From Flavobacterium sp. (GTDB lineage Bacteria > Bacteroidota > Bacteroidia > Flavobacteriales > Flavobacteriaceae): a DNA stretch of 64,000 nt. Position numbers and translations under genes: made by a program. The stretch covers positions 36,024 to 100,023 of the forward strand of contig JAYOAM010000003.1 of assembly GCA_038104255.1 (NCBI GenBank). Direction: 5' to 3'. Numbering within the stretch: position 1 is the stretch's first letter; each line of letters begins with the position of its first letter. Under the pieces are notes generated by a model. The model made no database searches, had not been told where the DNA came from, and saw nothing but the letters and a program-made list of their open reading frames with translations. Shown piece by piece: positions 35,873 through 45,543 of the stretch.

Positions 35873-36727
35873 TTAGTACTCCTCTAATCTAAACTGTATT
35901 TTGTCACTTGATATCTTTTGACTGACCCTAGCTATTGCTATGTCTGATAATTGAAGAATTCTTGGATAGCCTCCTGTTACCTGGCAATCTTGTAATAAAA
36001 TAATACATTTTCCTGATGGAGTGAGCTGAACTGTTCCTGGCATTACTGCCGATGTAAGGATTGAAGGCAAGTTGTTTTCTAAGCATTCTTTTAAACGATA
36101 CCCTACCCTGTTATTATGATCTGATACTGTAAAAGGAGCAAACAACCTATGCTGCTGTTCCTCGTTAAGTCTAGAAAACTCTGGTCCCTTTATGCATGGT
36201 AAGTACATTGTTCTAAAATGTTTTTCACTTACTCGAACTCTGGAAAAACTATTTTCTGTATTCTCTTGAACTGGAAGAATAGGTAGCATGTCTCCTTTCA
36301 CTAACTTTTGCTGAGTAATCGCCTTAAAAAAACTTCGACTACCATAAACTCTTTCAGTTTGAATACCTCCATATACAGACAAATAAACCCTAGCTCCATA
36401 AACCCTTTTACCAAATGATAAAACCGAATCTTTTTTAATAGGGTACACAGATTGCATTTTAATTAATTTCTCATTTATTTTTGGAGAAAAGTCACCTCCA
36501 GTAATACAGATATAGGTGTTTGAAGTAAATTTAAATTTGCCTTGTCCAAAAGTAATTTCTATAAGTGCTGCTCTCTTATGGTTTTTTAATAGGGCATTTG
36601 CCATTTTTGCAGCATGAATGTCCATACATCCTGCTTGAGGAATTCCCATCTTAGCATAACCAAAACGCCCCTGATCTTGAATAGAACAATAAATTCCTGG
36701 ATGTAAGACTTCTATCACAATTCGCAA
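35873..36727 (-). CDS. pxpC: 5-oxoprolinase subunit C (KipA / biotin-dependent carboxyltransferase family)
   Basis: SIQDQGRFGY, ANALL, NRVGYRL, PGTVQLTPSG and QVTGGYPRI motifs. Confidence 0.9.
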   Translation of the reverse strand: MRIVIEVLHPGIYCSIQDQGRFGYAKMGIPQAGCMDIHAAKMANALLKNHKRAALIEITFGQGKFKFTSNTYICITGGDFSPKINEKLIKMQSVYPIKKDSVLSFGKRVYGARVYLSVYGGIQTERVYGSRSFFKAITQQKLVKGDMLPILPVQENTENSFSRVRVSEKHFRTMYLPCIKGPEFSRLNEEQQHRLFAPFTVSDHNNRVGYRLKECLENNLPSILTSAVMPGTVQLTPSGKCIILLQDCQVTGGYPRILQLSDIAIARVSQKISSDKIQFRLEEY

Positions 36728-37434
36728 TTTTTAATCCTAAACTTTTGATTGGCAACCTCTCTTTCTATTTGATAAAAAGTATGAAGGTCTACAGAAACAA
36801 ATTGAATGCGATCACCTGGTTTGGCAAAACAGGGACTAGATGCCTTCATATTGAAAAAATTTAGGGGTGACTTTCCTATAATATTCCATCCCCCAGAACT
36901 ATTTTGTGGATAAATTCCAGTCTGAGAACCGCCTATTCCAACAGATCCCTTATCTACTCGAACCCTAGGGTTAGATTTCCTGGGAATATGAAGGTTTTGA
37001 TGAAGCCCACCTAAGTATAAAAAACCAGGTTGAAAACCGATAAAATAAACTAAATAATCTCCTTCTGTATGCAATCGGATAATTTCTTCTACATTACATT
37101 TTTTCTTGCATGCAATTTCCTCTAAATCAATTCCAAAAGAAACATCATAACACACTGGAATTTGCCATATAAATTGATTTTTTTTTGTAAAGGGTATGGG
37201 AGTGTTATATATTTTTTTTAGTTTATTAATAATATCCTTATGATCTTCAATAGCTTTTGAGAATCTAATGAGTAAAGAATTATAGGTAATAATCGTATCT
37301 AAAATAGAATCTATTGCCCTAACTTGTCTTTCGAAAGAAACAATATCTTCAATAATCTCTTGTTTGATGATGATAGGCCATTCAACTAAAATTGAGGTCT
37401 TTCCAAAGGCTTTATATGTAAGATTAAATTTCAC
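36715..37434 (-). CDS. pxpB: 5-oxoprolinase subunit B (KipI)
   Basis: IPVCY, YFIGFQPGFLYL, GSVGIGGSQTGIYP and GGWNIIG; GTG start. Confidence 0.92.
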   Translation of the reverse strand: MKFNLTYKAFGKTSILVEWPIIIKQEIIEDIVSFERQVRAIDSILDTIITYNSLLIRFSKAIEDHKDIINKLKKIYNTPIPFTKKNQFIWQIPVCYDVSFGIDLEEIACKKKCNVEEIIRLHTEGDYLVYFIGFQPGFLYLGGLHQNLHIPRKSNPRVRVDKGSVGIGGSQTGIYPQNSSGGWNIIGKSPLNFFNMKASSPCFAKPGDRIQFVSVDLHTFYQIEREVANQKFRIKNCEL

Positions 37435-38148
37435 TTAATCTGTTTGTAAATGTTTATGCAAATACTCTAAAATTTCAATGGCATTTTTAGTATCTCCATG
37501 AACACAAAAAGTAGACGCTTTAATCTTTTTTTCATGAAAGTTTACAGTAGTTACCAATTGTTTATTTGCTATTTTTTGTACTTGTTTTAATACCTCATGT
37601 TTATCTTTAATGAGTGCATTGGAAAAAGTTCTTGAAACCAAGCTCAAATCTTCATTATACCTTCTATCTGCAAAAGCCTCATAAACAATTTCTAGACCGC
37701 TTTGAATCGCAACTTCTTCTATAGTTGATTGATAAGGCACATATAATTTTACAGCTTCAAAAACATGTTGAATTGCGGCAATAACTACTGAAGCCTTATC
37801 ACGATTTACAGCAATTAAATTATACAAAGCACCATGTGGTTTTACATGATGAATAGTTGCATTTTGAAGCTGTGCTCTTTCTTTAAAAATTGCAAGTTGA
37901 TTTTCTAAACTTTTTTGAAGATCACAATTTGAAATGTCTAAAACTTTACGTCCAAAATTCTCTCTGTCTGGAAATGAAGGATGTGCACCAATTTTTACTT
38001 TGTGTTTCAGGGCTAGCTGAATAACTTTATCCATAATTTCTAAAGAACCAGCATGAGCTCCGCAGGAAATATTACAAGAAGAAATAAGAGGCATTATGAT
38101 ATGCTCATTATTAAAATCTTCACCCAGATCACAATTAATATCTATCAT
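37435..38148 (-). CDS. pxpA: 5-oxoprolinase subunit A (LamB/YcsF)
   Basis: DINCDLGE, NISCGAH, GAHPSFPDRENFGR, HVKPHGALYN, EAFADRRY and CVHGD. Confidence 0.95.
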   Translation of the reverse strand: MIDINCDLGEDFNNEHIIMPLISSCNISCGAHAGSLEIMDKVIQLALKHKVKIGAHPSFPDRENFGRKVLDISNCDLQKSLENQLAIFKERAQLQNATIHHVKPHGALYNLIAVNRDKASVVIAAIQHVFEAVKLYVPYQSTIEEVAIQSGLEIVYEAFADRRYNEDLSLVSRTFSNALIKDKHEVLKQVQKIANKQLVTTVNFHEKKIKASTFCVHGDTKNAIEILEYLHKHLQTD

Positions 38149-39380
38149 TAAAAAATGTTAAATTGAAAAACTTTATCTAGTCCTCTAGTGCCTAAAAAAA
38201 TAGTTAAAATCAAAATTACAAATCCTAAAATATTTTGGAATTTAGAATTTACGTAATTCCCTAAAACTACTTTTTTATTTACCACCCAAAGAAGTATCCC
38301 TGCTACAACAGGAAGGAGAATACCATTAGCTACTTGAGCAAATTTGATAATCTCTATGGGTTTAAAACCCAATGATGAAAATACAACACCTAATATTAAA
38401 ATTAGAATCCACACAGTTCTAAATTTTTTTGACTTTAATCCTGATTTCCATCCAAAACAACCTCTAGCTACATAAGCAGCAGCCAAGGGTGCTGTGATTG
38501 CTGAAGTAATCCCTGCAGCAAATAATCCAATCCCTAAAAAATAGCTTGCAAAATCACCATATAAAGGCGCTAAGCTTTTTGCCAAATCTGATGCACTTGA
38601 GATTTCTCCCGAACCTATAGATGAAGCTGAAATAATAATAGCCATAGAGACAAGACCTCCTAATGAAATAGAAGTAATAGTATCTTTTCTAACATTTTTT
38701 AAATCTTTAGGATTATTCCATTTTTCTTTGACTAAAGACGCATGTAAAAATAAATTATAGGGTACTACGGTTGTTCCAACTAAGCCTAGTATTGTTAATA
38801 GACTACCTTCTGGAAATGAGGGAATTAGAGCACCTTTTAGTATATTATAGATAGTTGGTTTTGTTAAAAAAGCAGTAATTATAAAAGACATACTCATTAT
38901 TATTACTAGCATTACCAATGCTCTTTCAAGAAATTTATAATTCCCTATATAAAGTAATACAAACGCAACAATTCCTATGACAAAGCTCAATAGATTAATA
39001 GAATAGCTCCCAACAACAAATCTAAATTCTCCTGTAAGGGTTTCTAGTCCAAGTATACCTCCACTTATATTTCCAGCCTCATAAGAAGCGTTTCCTACAA
39101 CAATTGCAGACAGGATTAGAAGTAGTATTAATTTGTTAATTATTGGGTATTTAATTTCAGATCTAATAACCTCTGATAAGCCTTTCTGAGATATGATTCC
39201 AAGACGAGAGGCCATTTCTTGTAGTACGATGGTAGCAAGTATAGACAAAACCATAGCCCATAGCAAATGAAAACCAAAATTAACCCCTGCTAAAGTACAC
39301 AGCGTAACAGTCCCAGGACCTATAAATGCGGCAGCTACAAGAGTTCCTGGGCCAGAATTTTTTAACCACTTTTTAATCAT
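38148..39380 (-). CDS. NRAMP-superfamily transporter, YcsG-like (putative 5-oxoproline/solute transporter)
   Basis: GPGTLVAAAFIGPGTVT in place of the canonical DPGN metal motif, GTTVVPYNLFLH; translationally coupled to pxpA. Confidence 0.8.
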   Translation of the reverse strand: MIKKWLKNSGPGTLVAAAFIGPGTVTLCTLAGVNFGFHLLWAMVLSILATIVLQEMASRLGIISQKGLSEVIRSEIKYPIINKLILLLILSAIVVGNASYEAGNISGGILGLETLTGEFRFVVGSYSINLLSFVIGIVAFVLLYIGNYKFLERALVMLVIIMSMSFIITAFLTKPTIYNILKGALIPSFPEGSLLTILGLVGTTVVPYNLFLHASLVKEKWNNPKDLKNVRKDTITSISLGGLVSMAIIISASSIGSGEISSASDLAKSLAPLYGDFASYFLGIGLFAAGITSAITAPLAAAYVARGCFGWKSGLKSKKFRTVWILILILGVVFSSLGFKPIEIIKFAQVANGILLPVVAGILLWVVNKKVVLGNYVNSKFQNILGFVILILTIFLGTRGLDKVFQFNIF

Positions 39381-40476
39381 TTGAGGCAGAATTTAACGCA
39401 TAAATGGCAAAACTTCCTAACCAATGTCCACCCTCATACGAATCACCAATAAGATTAGGTAAAGAATAGTTAATATGTTTATAAGCGATCTTTTTTAAAT
39501 GATTATAGGTGGGTATATCCTTGACAATATCAAATAAAGCCCATGCTCTAGAAAAATTTACTCCATCTAAGTGCACCAATTTTCCGTCTGTTCTATCTGA
39601 TACTTCTCCAACTGCTAGTTGAAAGTCACTATCTTTTAACTGAGGTAGAAAATTATCTAACCAATCTATAAATACTTTTTGAGGTAATACTCGCTTCATA
39701 ATTGCTGCTTCTTGCAAACAAGGAGATAAAAAGTCGTATCCGCTGGGTTCCCAAGAGATGGGACAATTTGAATCTTCAAAATAAAATTTCATAGCACTTT
39801 TTTTAATCATTTTAAGCATCGATTCATTACCTACGACTATAGCATAATCCCATGCAAACGTTAAACCAAAGGCAGTATTAGGGTGTTCACCAGCTCTAAC
39901 AGGATAATTTAAATTAGGGATAAAATCTAAATACTTTTGTACTATTAGATCTGTTAGTGGTTGTAAATTTTGCTCTAATTCTCTTGCCGTTTTATCATCC
40001 CAAGTATGAAGTGTTTCCGCTAATTTCAAAACCCAAGCCCATCCATAGGTTCTCTCATAACTTTTGTTATGTTTTCCTAAAAAATAGTCAACCTCTTTTA
40101 ATATATTTTCTTTAGATATGTGTTCCAATAACTTTCTTTTAATTTCAGCATTGTTGTCTAATTTTGGAAATTTTTTAAGCAACGAAATCATACTCCAATG
40201 ACCGTGAACTGAGGAATGCCAATCAAAACAACCATAAAATGCAGGGTGAAGCTCTTTTGGAGATTTTAGATCTTCATAGCTCCCTATGGTCTGTCCAAGT
40301 TTATTTGGGTATTCTATGTCTACACAGTTTAAGGGTAAATTTATTAAGCGCTGTGCTTGATTCAAATTTAATATTGGTAACTCAATAGCATCTTTTGAGG
40401 GTTCTTTTGAAGGATTTGATGTATTTGTACAGGCTAAAAGTAATAAGATGTAAAACAGTATAAAATAATTTCTCAT
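39373..40476 (-). CDS. DUF2891 family lipoprotein
   Basis: Lipobox LLAC; HPAFYGCFDWHSSVHGHW, ERTYGWAW, HLDGVNFSRAW and YEGGHWLGSFA motifs. Confidence 0.85.
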   Translation of the reverse strand: MRNYFILFYILLLLACTNTSNPSKEPSKDAIELPILNLNQAQRLINLPLNCVDIEYPNKLGQTIGSYEDLKSPKELHPAFYGCFDWHSSVHGHWSMISLLKKFPKLDNNAEIKRKLLEHISKENILKEVDYFLGKHNKSYERTYGWAWVLKLAETLHTWDDKTARELEQNLQPLTDLIVQKYLDFIPNLNYPVRAGEHPNTAFGLTFAWDYAIVVGNESMLKMIKKSAMKFYFEDSNCPISWEPSGYDFLSPCLQEAAIMKRVLPQKVFIDWLDNFLPQLKDSDFQLAVGEVSDRTDGKLVHLDGVNFSRAWALFDIVKDIPTYNHLKKIAYKHINYSLPNLIGDSYEGGHWLGSFAIYALNSASND

Positions 40477-40565
40477 AATTAACTTCTCATTTATCTTCTA
40501 AAAGTAGACAAAAGAATTCAAAAAAAAGTATACTTTACAGTGCTATTTACAATAGATAAATACTA

Positions 40566-42176
40566 CTAAAAAGCGTAACGTTGAGGACCTCCTCTTCTTA
40601 TTTCTTCGTTTGCAAACTCCTCAAACTGTTTGAAATTTTTTCTAAAAGCATTGGAAAGTTTAAAAGCAGTTTTATAATACGCTTCGTCATTATTCCAAGT
40701 AGTTCTCGGGCTCAAAACAGAGGATGGAACACCCGGACATCTTCTGGGTTGAGCGACACCAAATACAGAATGTATATGATAATCTTCATAAGTATAATTA
40801 CCTAACTCTCCATTTAAAACGGCAGTAATCATAGCTCTAGTATACTTTAGAGCCATTCTTTTCCCCACGCCATATTGTCCGCCAGACCATCCGGTATTTA
40901 CTAACCAAACGTTCACCCCTGCTTCCTTCATTTTCTTACTCAACATTTCTGCATAACGGGTTGGATGAAGTGGCATAAAAGGAGCTCCAAAACATGCTGA
41001 AAAACTTGGTACTGGCTCAGTAACTCCTGCCTCAGTTCCAGCAACTTTTGCTGTATATCCAGATATAAAATGATATGCGGCTTGACTAGGGGTTAACTTT
41101 GAAATAGGAGGTAATACTCCAAAAGCATCTGCGGTTAGAAAAAAGATATTCTTTGGGTTTTTACCAATTGAAGGTTTTTGAATATTTTCTATATGATTAA
41201 TAGGATAACTAACTCTTGTGTTTTGTGTAATTGAGGTATCTGAAAAATCAATTACACCTTGATCATCCATTATAATATTTTCTAAAATCGCTCCTTTTTT
41301 AATAGCGTGATAAATTTCTGGTTCTTTCTCCTCAGATAAATCAATGGCTTTTGCGTAACAACCCCCTTCAAAGTTAAAAACAGTATTTTCATGCGTCCAT
41401 CCATGTTCATCATCGCCAATTAATTTTCTCTCTGGATCTGCAGATAACGTTGTTTTTCCGGTTCCAGATAAACCAAAAAATATAGCAGCATCTCCATTTT
41501 TACCCACATTTGCCGAGCAATGCATAGGTAAGGTATTTTTGAAAAGAGGAAGAATAAAGTTTAGTGCAGAAAAAATCCCTTTTTTAATTTCTCCAGTGTA
41601 TCCTGTGCCCCCTATTAGAGCAACTTTTTTTGAGAAATTTAAAATTGCAAAATTATGTTGTCGGGTTCCATCTACAGAAGCATTAGCCATAAAACCAGGT
41701 GCATTAATAACTGTCCATTCTGGAAGAAAGTCAACTAACTCCTCAGTTGTTGGTCTTAAAAACATATTATAAGCAAACATATTACTCCATGGATACTCAT
41801 TTATTACTCGGATATTTAGTTTATAATTGGGGTCTGCACAAGCATAGCAATCTCTTACAAAAATTTCTTTTTCTGAAAGATAGGATACTACCTTATCATA
41901 TAACTTATCAAAATTATCTGGACTAAAAGGAATATTTATATCTCCCCACCAAATTTCATCTTTAGTTATAACATCTTTAACTATAAAACGATCCTTTGGT
42001 GATCTTCCTGTAAACTCTCCAGTATGAATTGCGATAGCGCCAAAATTGGATTCTTTTCCTTGATTTTTTTGAAGTATTATTGAGTGTAATTCATTGGAGG
42101 TTAGTTGATAATGAATTTTTGAACTATTTATTCCTAGACTATTTAACGAAATCGATTTCGTATTTGTATCTATCAT
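40566..42176 (-). CDS. pckA: Phosphoenolpyruvate carboxykinase (ATP)
   Basis: TGRSPKDRF, YTGEIKK, MHCSAN, FFGLSGTGKTTLS, LIGDDEHGW and NFEGGCYAK. Confidence 0.98.
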   Translation of the reverse strand: MIDTNTKSISLNSLGINSSKIHYQLTSNELHSIILQKNQGKESNFGAIAIHTGEFTGRSPKDRFIVKDVITKDEIWWGDINIPFSPDNFDKLYDKVVSYLSEKEIFVRDCYACADPNYKLNIRVINEYPWSNMFAYNMFLRPTTEELVDFLPEWTVINAPGFMANASVDGTRQHNFAILNFSKKVALIGGTGYTGEIKKGIFSALNFILPLFKNTLPMHCSANVGKNGDAAIFFGLSGTGKTTLSADPERKLIGDDEHGWTHENTVFNFEGGCYAKAIDLSEEKEPEIYHAIKKGAILENIIMDDQGVIDFSDTSITQNTRVSYPINHIENIQKPSIGKNPKNIFFLTADAFGVLPPISKLTPSQAAYHFISGYTAKVAGTEAGVTEPVPSFSACFGAPFMPLHPTRYAEMLSKKMKEAGVNVWLVNTGWSGGQYGVGKRMALKYTRAMITAVLNGELGNYTYEDYHIHSVFGVAQPRRCPGVPSSVLSPRTTWNNDEAYYKTAFKLSNAFRKNFKQFEEFANEEIRRGGPQRYAF

Positions 42177-42253
42177 AACACTAATTTTTGTTAGTTATAA
42201 CTTTGAAGTAAAATTAAACATAATTTTAAAATATGATATCATCCGTTATTATT

Positions 42254-42643
42254 TTATTTATTTTTTTTAATCATTACTTTTTGAAGAAAAAAATAAATCA
42301 TCAAAATCCAACCAATCATAAGCAACAGTCCTCCAATTGGAGTCACAAACCAAATACTTTTTACGGGGAAATTGAAAATATAAATTGCATAAATAGATCC
42401 TGAAAATAAAATAATACCCGAGGAAAAAACATAACTCAAGGAGTTTTTTAACTTGATTGAAAACGAAGAAGATGTATTAACAATCAATAAAACGATAACA
42501 TGGTACATTTGATATCGAATACCTGTTTCTAAACTACTCATTTCTTTTAAACTCAACACATCCTCTAACCCATGAGTAGCAAAAGCACCAAGTGTTATTG
42601 CCATAAGTCCAAATATACAAGTAATTACTAAATTTTTGTTCAT
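42254..42643 (-). CDS. DUF423 family membrane protein
   Basis: LGAFATHGL, TGIRYQMYH, LFSGSIY and TPIGG motifs. Confidence 0.88.
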   Translation of the reverse strand: MNKNLVITCIFGLMAITLGAFATHGLEDVLSLKEMSSLETGIRYQMYHVIVLLIVNTSSSFSIKLKNSLSYVFSSGIILFSGSIYAIYIFNFPVKSIWFVTPIGGLLLMIGWILMIYFFLQKVMIKKNK

Positions 42644-42725
42644 ATCTAATTGTGAAAAGAAGTTAACTGAGTCTATTTTTTTTTAAATTCGTTAATTATG
42701 AATAAACATTAAATATAATTCTATA

Positions 42726-44096
42726 ATGAGAAATATCCTAGTTATTGGAGCTGGAAAATCTTGTTCATACTTAACAGACTACCTCCAAAAAAAATCAGCA
42801 GCAGAAAAGTTACACATTACCATTGCAGATATTTCTTTAGAAAATGCCAAAAGTAGTGCAAAGAATCATCCAAACACATCTGCATTACAATTTGATGTTT
42901 TTAATAAAAATCAACGAAAAGAGGAAATACAAAAAGCGGATATAGTTGTTTCTATGTTACCCGCTAGATTTCATATTGAAGTAGCAAAAGACTGTCTTCA
43001 TTTCGGGAAGCACATGGTTACAGCCTCATATATTTCTCCAGAAATGAAGGCACTTCATACCGAAGTTGAAAAAAAAGGATTGGTATTCATGAATGAAATT
43101 GGGGTAGACCCAGGTATAGATCATATGAGTGCTATGGAAGTTATTCATAAAATAAGTGATCTTGGCGCAAAAATAATACTCTTTGAATCATTTACGGGGG
43201 GATTGGTTGCACCTGAAAGTGATAACAACTTATGGAATTATAAATTTACCTGGAATCCTAGAAATGTTGTATTGGCTGGACAAGGTGGAGCTGCTATGTT
43301 TATTCAAGAAGGAACCTATAAATATATTCCTTATCATAAATTATTTAGGAGAACTGAGTTTTTAACCTTAAATGGTAACAAAAAGTTTGAGGCCTATGCA
43401 AATAGAGATTCGCTCAAATATCGAAGTATCTATGGTTTAGAAGATATTCGTACGATGTATAGAGGAACTATTAGAAAAGTAGGATTTTCTAGAGCTTGGA
43501 ATATTTTTATTCAATTAGGGATGACAGATGATAGCTATACCATTGAAGGTTCTGAGAATATGACTTACAGAGATTTTGTGAATTTATTTTTAGCCTATTC
43601 TCCAAATGATTCAGTGGAATTAAAATTAAGATCTTATCTAAAAATTGACCAGGATGATATTGTTTGGGATAAACTAGTTGAGTTAGATCTTTTTAGTCAA
43701 ACAAAAAAAATAGGACTAAGTAATGCAACACCAGCTCAGATGCTACAAAAAATCTTATCAGACTCTTGGACGCTTGAAGAAGATGAAAAAGATATGATTG
43801 TAATGCATCATAAATTTGGTTACGAATTGAATGGAGAAAAACATCAAATAGAAAGTAGTTTAATGGTTAAAGGAGAAAATCAAACCTATACAGCCATGGC
43901 AAAAACAGTTGGGTTACCTGTTGCTATTGCTACCCTTAAAATACTAAATAAAGAAATTACAACTCCTGGTGTTCAACTTCCAATTACCAAAGAAGTATAT
44001 GGCCCAATTTTGAAAGAACTTGAGGAATATGGGATAGAATTTGAAGAAAAAAAAGTTCCCTACATGGGATATAATCCTGAAAATGTTGTAGGTTAA
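42726..44096 (+). CDS. Saccharopine dehydrogenase family protein
   Basis: IGAGKS Rossmann motif, TASYIS, EIGVDPGIDH, FTWNPRNVVLAG and TAMAKTVGLP. Confidence 0.92.
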   Translation: MRNILVIGAGKSCSYLTDYLQKKSAAEKLHITIADISLENAKSSAKNHPNTSALQFDVFNKNQRKEEIQKADIVVSMLPARFHIEVAKDCLHFGKHMVTASYISPEMKALHTEVEKKGLVFMNEIGVDPGIDHMSAMEVIHKISDLGAKIILFESFTGGLVAPESDNNLWNYKFTWNPRNVVLAGQGGAAMFIQEGTYKYIPYHKLFRRTEFLTLNGNKKFEAYANRDSLKYRSIYGLEDIRTMYRGTIRKVGFSRAWNIFIQLGMTDDSYTIEGSENMTYRDFVNLFLAYSPNDSVELKLRSYLKIDQDDIVWDKLVELDLFSQTKKIGLSNATPAQMLQKILSDSWTLEEDEKDMIVMHHKFGYELNGEKHQIESSLMVKGENQTYTAMAKTVGLPVAIATLKILNKEITTPGVQLPITKEVYGPILKELEEYGIEFEEKKVPYMGYNPENVVG

Positions 44097-44111
44097 AACT
44101 GTTGTCTAATT

Positions 44112-44834
44112 TTACAACTTAAGATAAAAGTCCTTGGTTAAATCTTTATATTCATTTGTATACACATGTCGACTTTTTTCTAGAATTAATGTTGTCTCTA
44201 TTGTATCTTTTTTGTGAAAAGAGAATTCCAATATACTTCTCTTTATTTCTGAATTATTAGTTCCTTTAACTCTACAAATTCTTCCTAAAAACAAATTATT
44301 CTGCTTTGCTAATTTGACGAAAGATTGTTCCTCCTTATAGGGTATAATAGTGGTGAAAACACCTAAATCTGAAAGTAATTTACTAACCCCTACCAACAAA
44401 TCATTGAAGGATAGCGAAGAAGTAAATCTTGCTCTATTTCTTGATTGATCTTCAGTCTCATATGCATTGCTATAAAATGGGGGATTTGAAATAATAAGAT
44501 CATATTCTTGAGCTTCATTTTTCATTTCCTCTGAAAAATCTTGAAAAGAACTGTGGTAGCAAAATAACCGATCAGACCAAATAGAATTTTCAAAGTTAGC
44601 AACACTCTGCTCATATGCATGAGAATCAATTTCTACTGCATCGATAGTTTCAGCATCACTGCGTTGAGCCATCATTAAAGATACTAATCCTGTTCCTGAA
44701 CCCACATCTAAAATAGCATCTGGAAGTGCTTCTAATGAACACCAAGCTCCTAGGAGAACACCATCTGTACCTACTTTCATGGCCGTTTTATCTTGATGAA
44801 TAGTAAACTCTTTAAAATGAAACGGTTTATTCAT
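44112..44834 (-). CDS. tRNA1(Val) (adenine(37)-N6)-methyltransferase (YfiC-like)
   Basis: FHFKEF...MKVGTDGVLLGAW, LDVGSGTG and ISNPPFY. Confidence 0.9.
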   Translation of the reverse strand: MNKPFHFKEFTIHQDKTAMKVGTDGVLLGAWCSLEALPDAILDVGSGTGLVSLMMAQRSDAETIDAVEIDSHAYEQSVANFENSIWSDRLFCYHSSFQDFSEEMKNEAQEYDLIISNPPFYSNAYETEDQSRNRARFTSSLSFNDLLVGVSKLLSDLGVFTTIIPYKEEQSFVKLAKQNNLFLGRICRVKGTNNSEIKRSILEFSFHKKDTIETTLILEKSRHVYTNEYKDLTKDFYLKL

Positions 44835-44878
44835 TATTAATTATTTTTTTAACCTAAACTTTTGAAATATTAAAAATG

Positions 44879-44911
44879 AAAAACCCGTAACTATCGTTAC
44901 GAGCTTTTTTT
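44879..44911 (-). terminator. Intrinsic terminator after tRNA-Ser
   Basis: Minus strand GCTCGTAAC-gata-GTTACGGGT followed by a T tract. Confidence 0.75.
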
Positions 44912-44912
44912 G

Positions 44913-45000
44913 CAGAGAGGAAGGGATTCGAACCCTCGATACCCTTTTGGAGTATACACACTTTCCAGGCGTGCGCCTTCGACCACTCGGCCACCTCTCT
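44913..45000 (-). tRNA. tRNA-Ser (anticodon GGA), CCA not encoded
   Basis: AGAGAGG/CCTCTCT acceptor stem, discriminator G, TGGCCGAGTGGTCGAAGGC D-arm, CACGC-CTGGAAA-GTGTG anticodon arm, long variable arm, GGTTCGAATCC T-loop. Confidence 0.97.
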
Positions 45001-45526
45001 AATTCAAATACAAATCAATCAAACCCTCGGGTGTTTCAACGTGTATTTGTTTGTTTTCTCTGTCTATTTTTTTAATAAAATCATCAATCATTGGAATAAA
45101 GATTTCAACATCGCCATTTTCAATTTCAAACATGGGCTGTGCAGCTTTATCGTTAACATGAACTATTTCCCCAATGTTCCCATGAGTTTGATCAATTACA
45201 TTAAACCCAATAATTTCATGAAAATAAAATTTGTTACCCTCCAGCTTTGGAAGTAAATCTAACGGAAGATAAATACCTGATTTGATTATAAAATCTGCTT
45301 CTTCTTCACTATTCACGTCTTCAAAATGAACACGTAATAATGTTCCTTTACTCAGAGAACTTTTTTTAATAAAAAATGGAACCAAATTGCCTCCTAGGTC
45401 GACAAATACTGATTCCATATTCTTATACAATTCAGGTTCGTCAGTATCTAACTTGATAACTACCTCTCCCTTAAAACTGTGTTTTTTTACGATAGTGCCT
45501 AAATAAAAACAATCTTCTTTACGCAT
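44999..45526 (-). CDS. rimM: Ribosome maturation factor RimM
   Basis: LGTIVKKHSFKGEV, FYFHEIIGF, IFIPMID and ETPEGLIDLYL; downstream of rpsP; stop TAG at 45001-44999. Confidence 0.96.
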   Translation of the reverse strand: MRKEDCFYLGTIVKKHSFKGEVVIKLDTDEPELYKNMESVFVDLGGNLVPFFIKKSSLSKGTLLRVHFEDVNSEEEADFIIKSGIYLPLDLLPKLEGNKFYFHEIIGFNVIDQTHGNIGEIVHVNDKAAQPMFEIENGDVEIFIPMIDDFIKKIDRENKQIHVETPEGLIDLYLN

Positions 45527-45543
45527 ATCGATGAAAATTTCAC

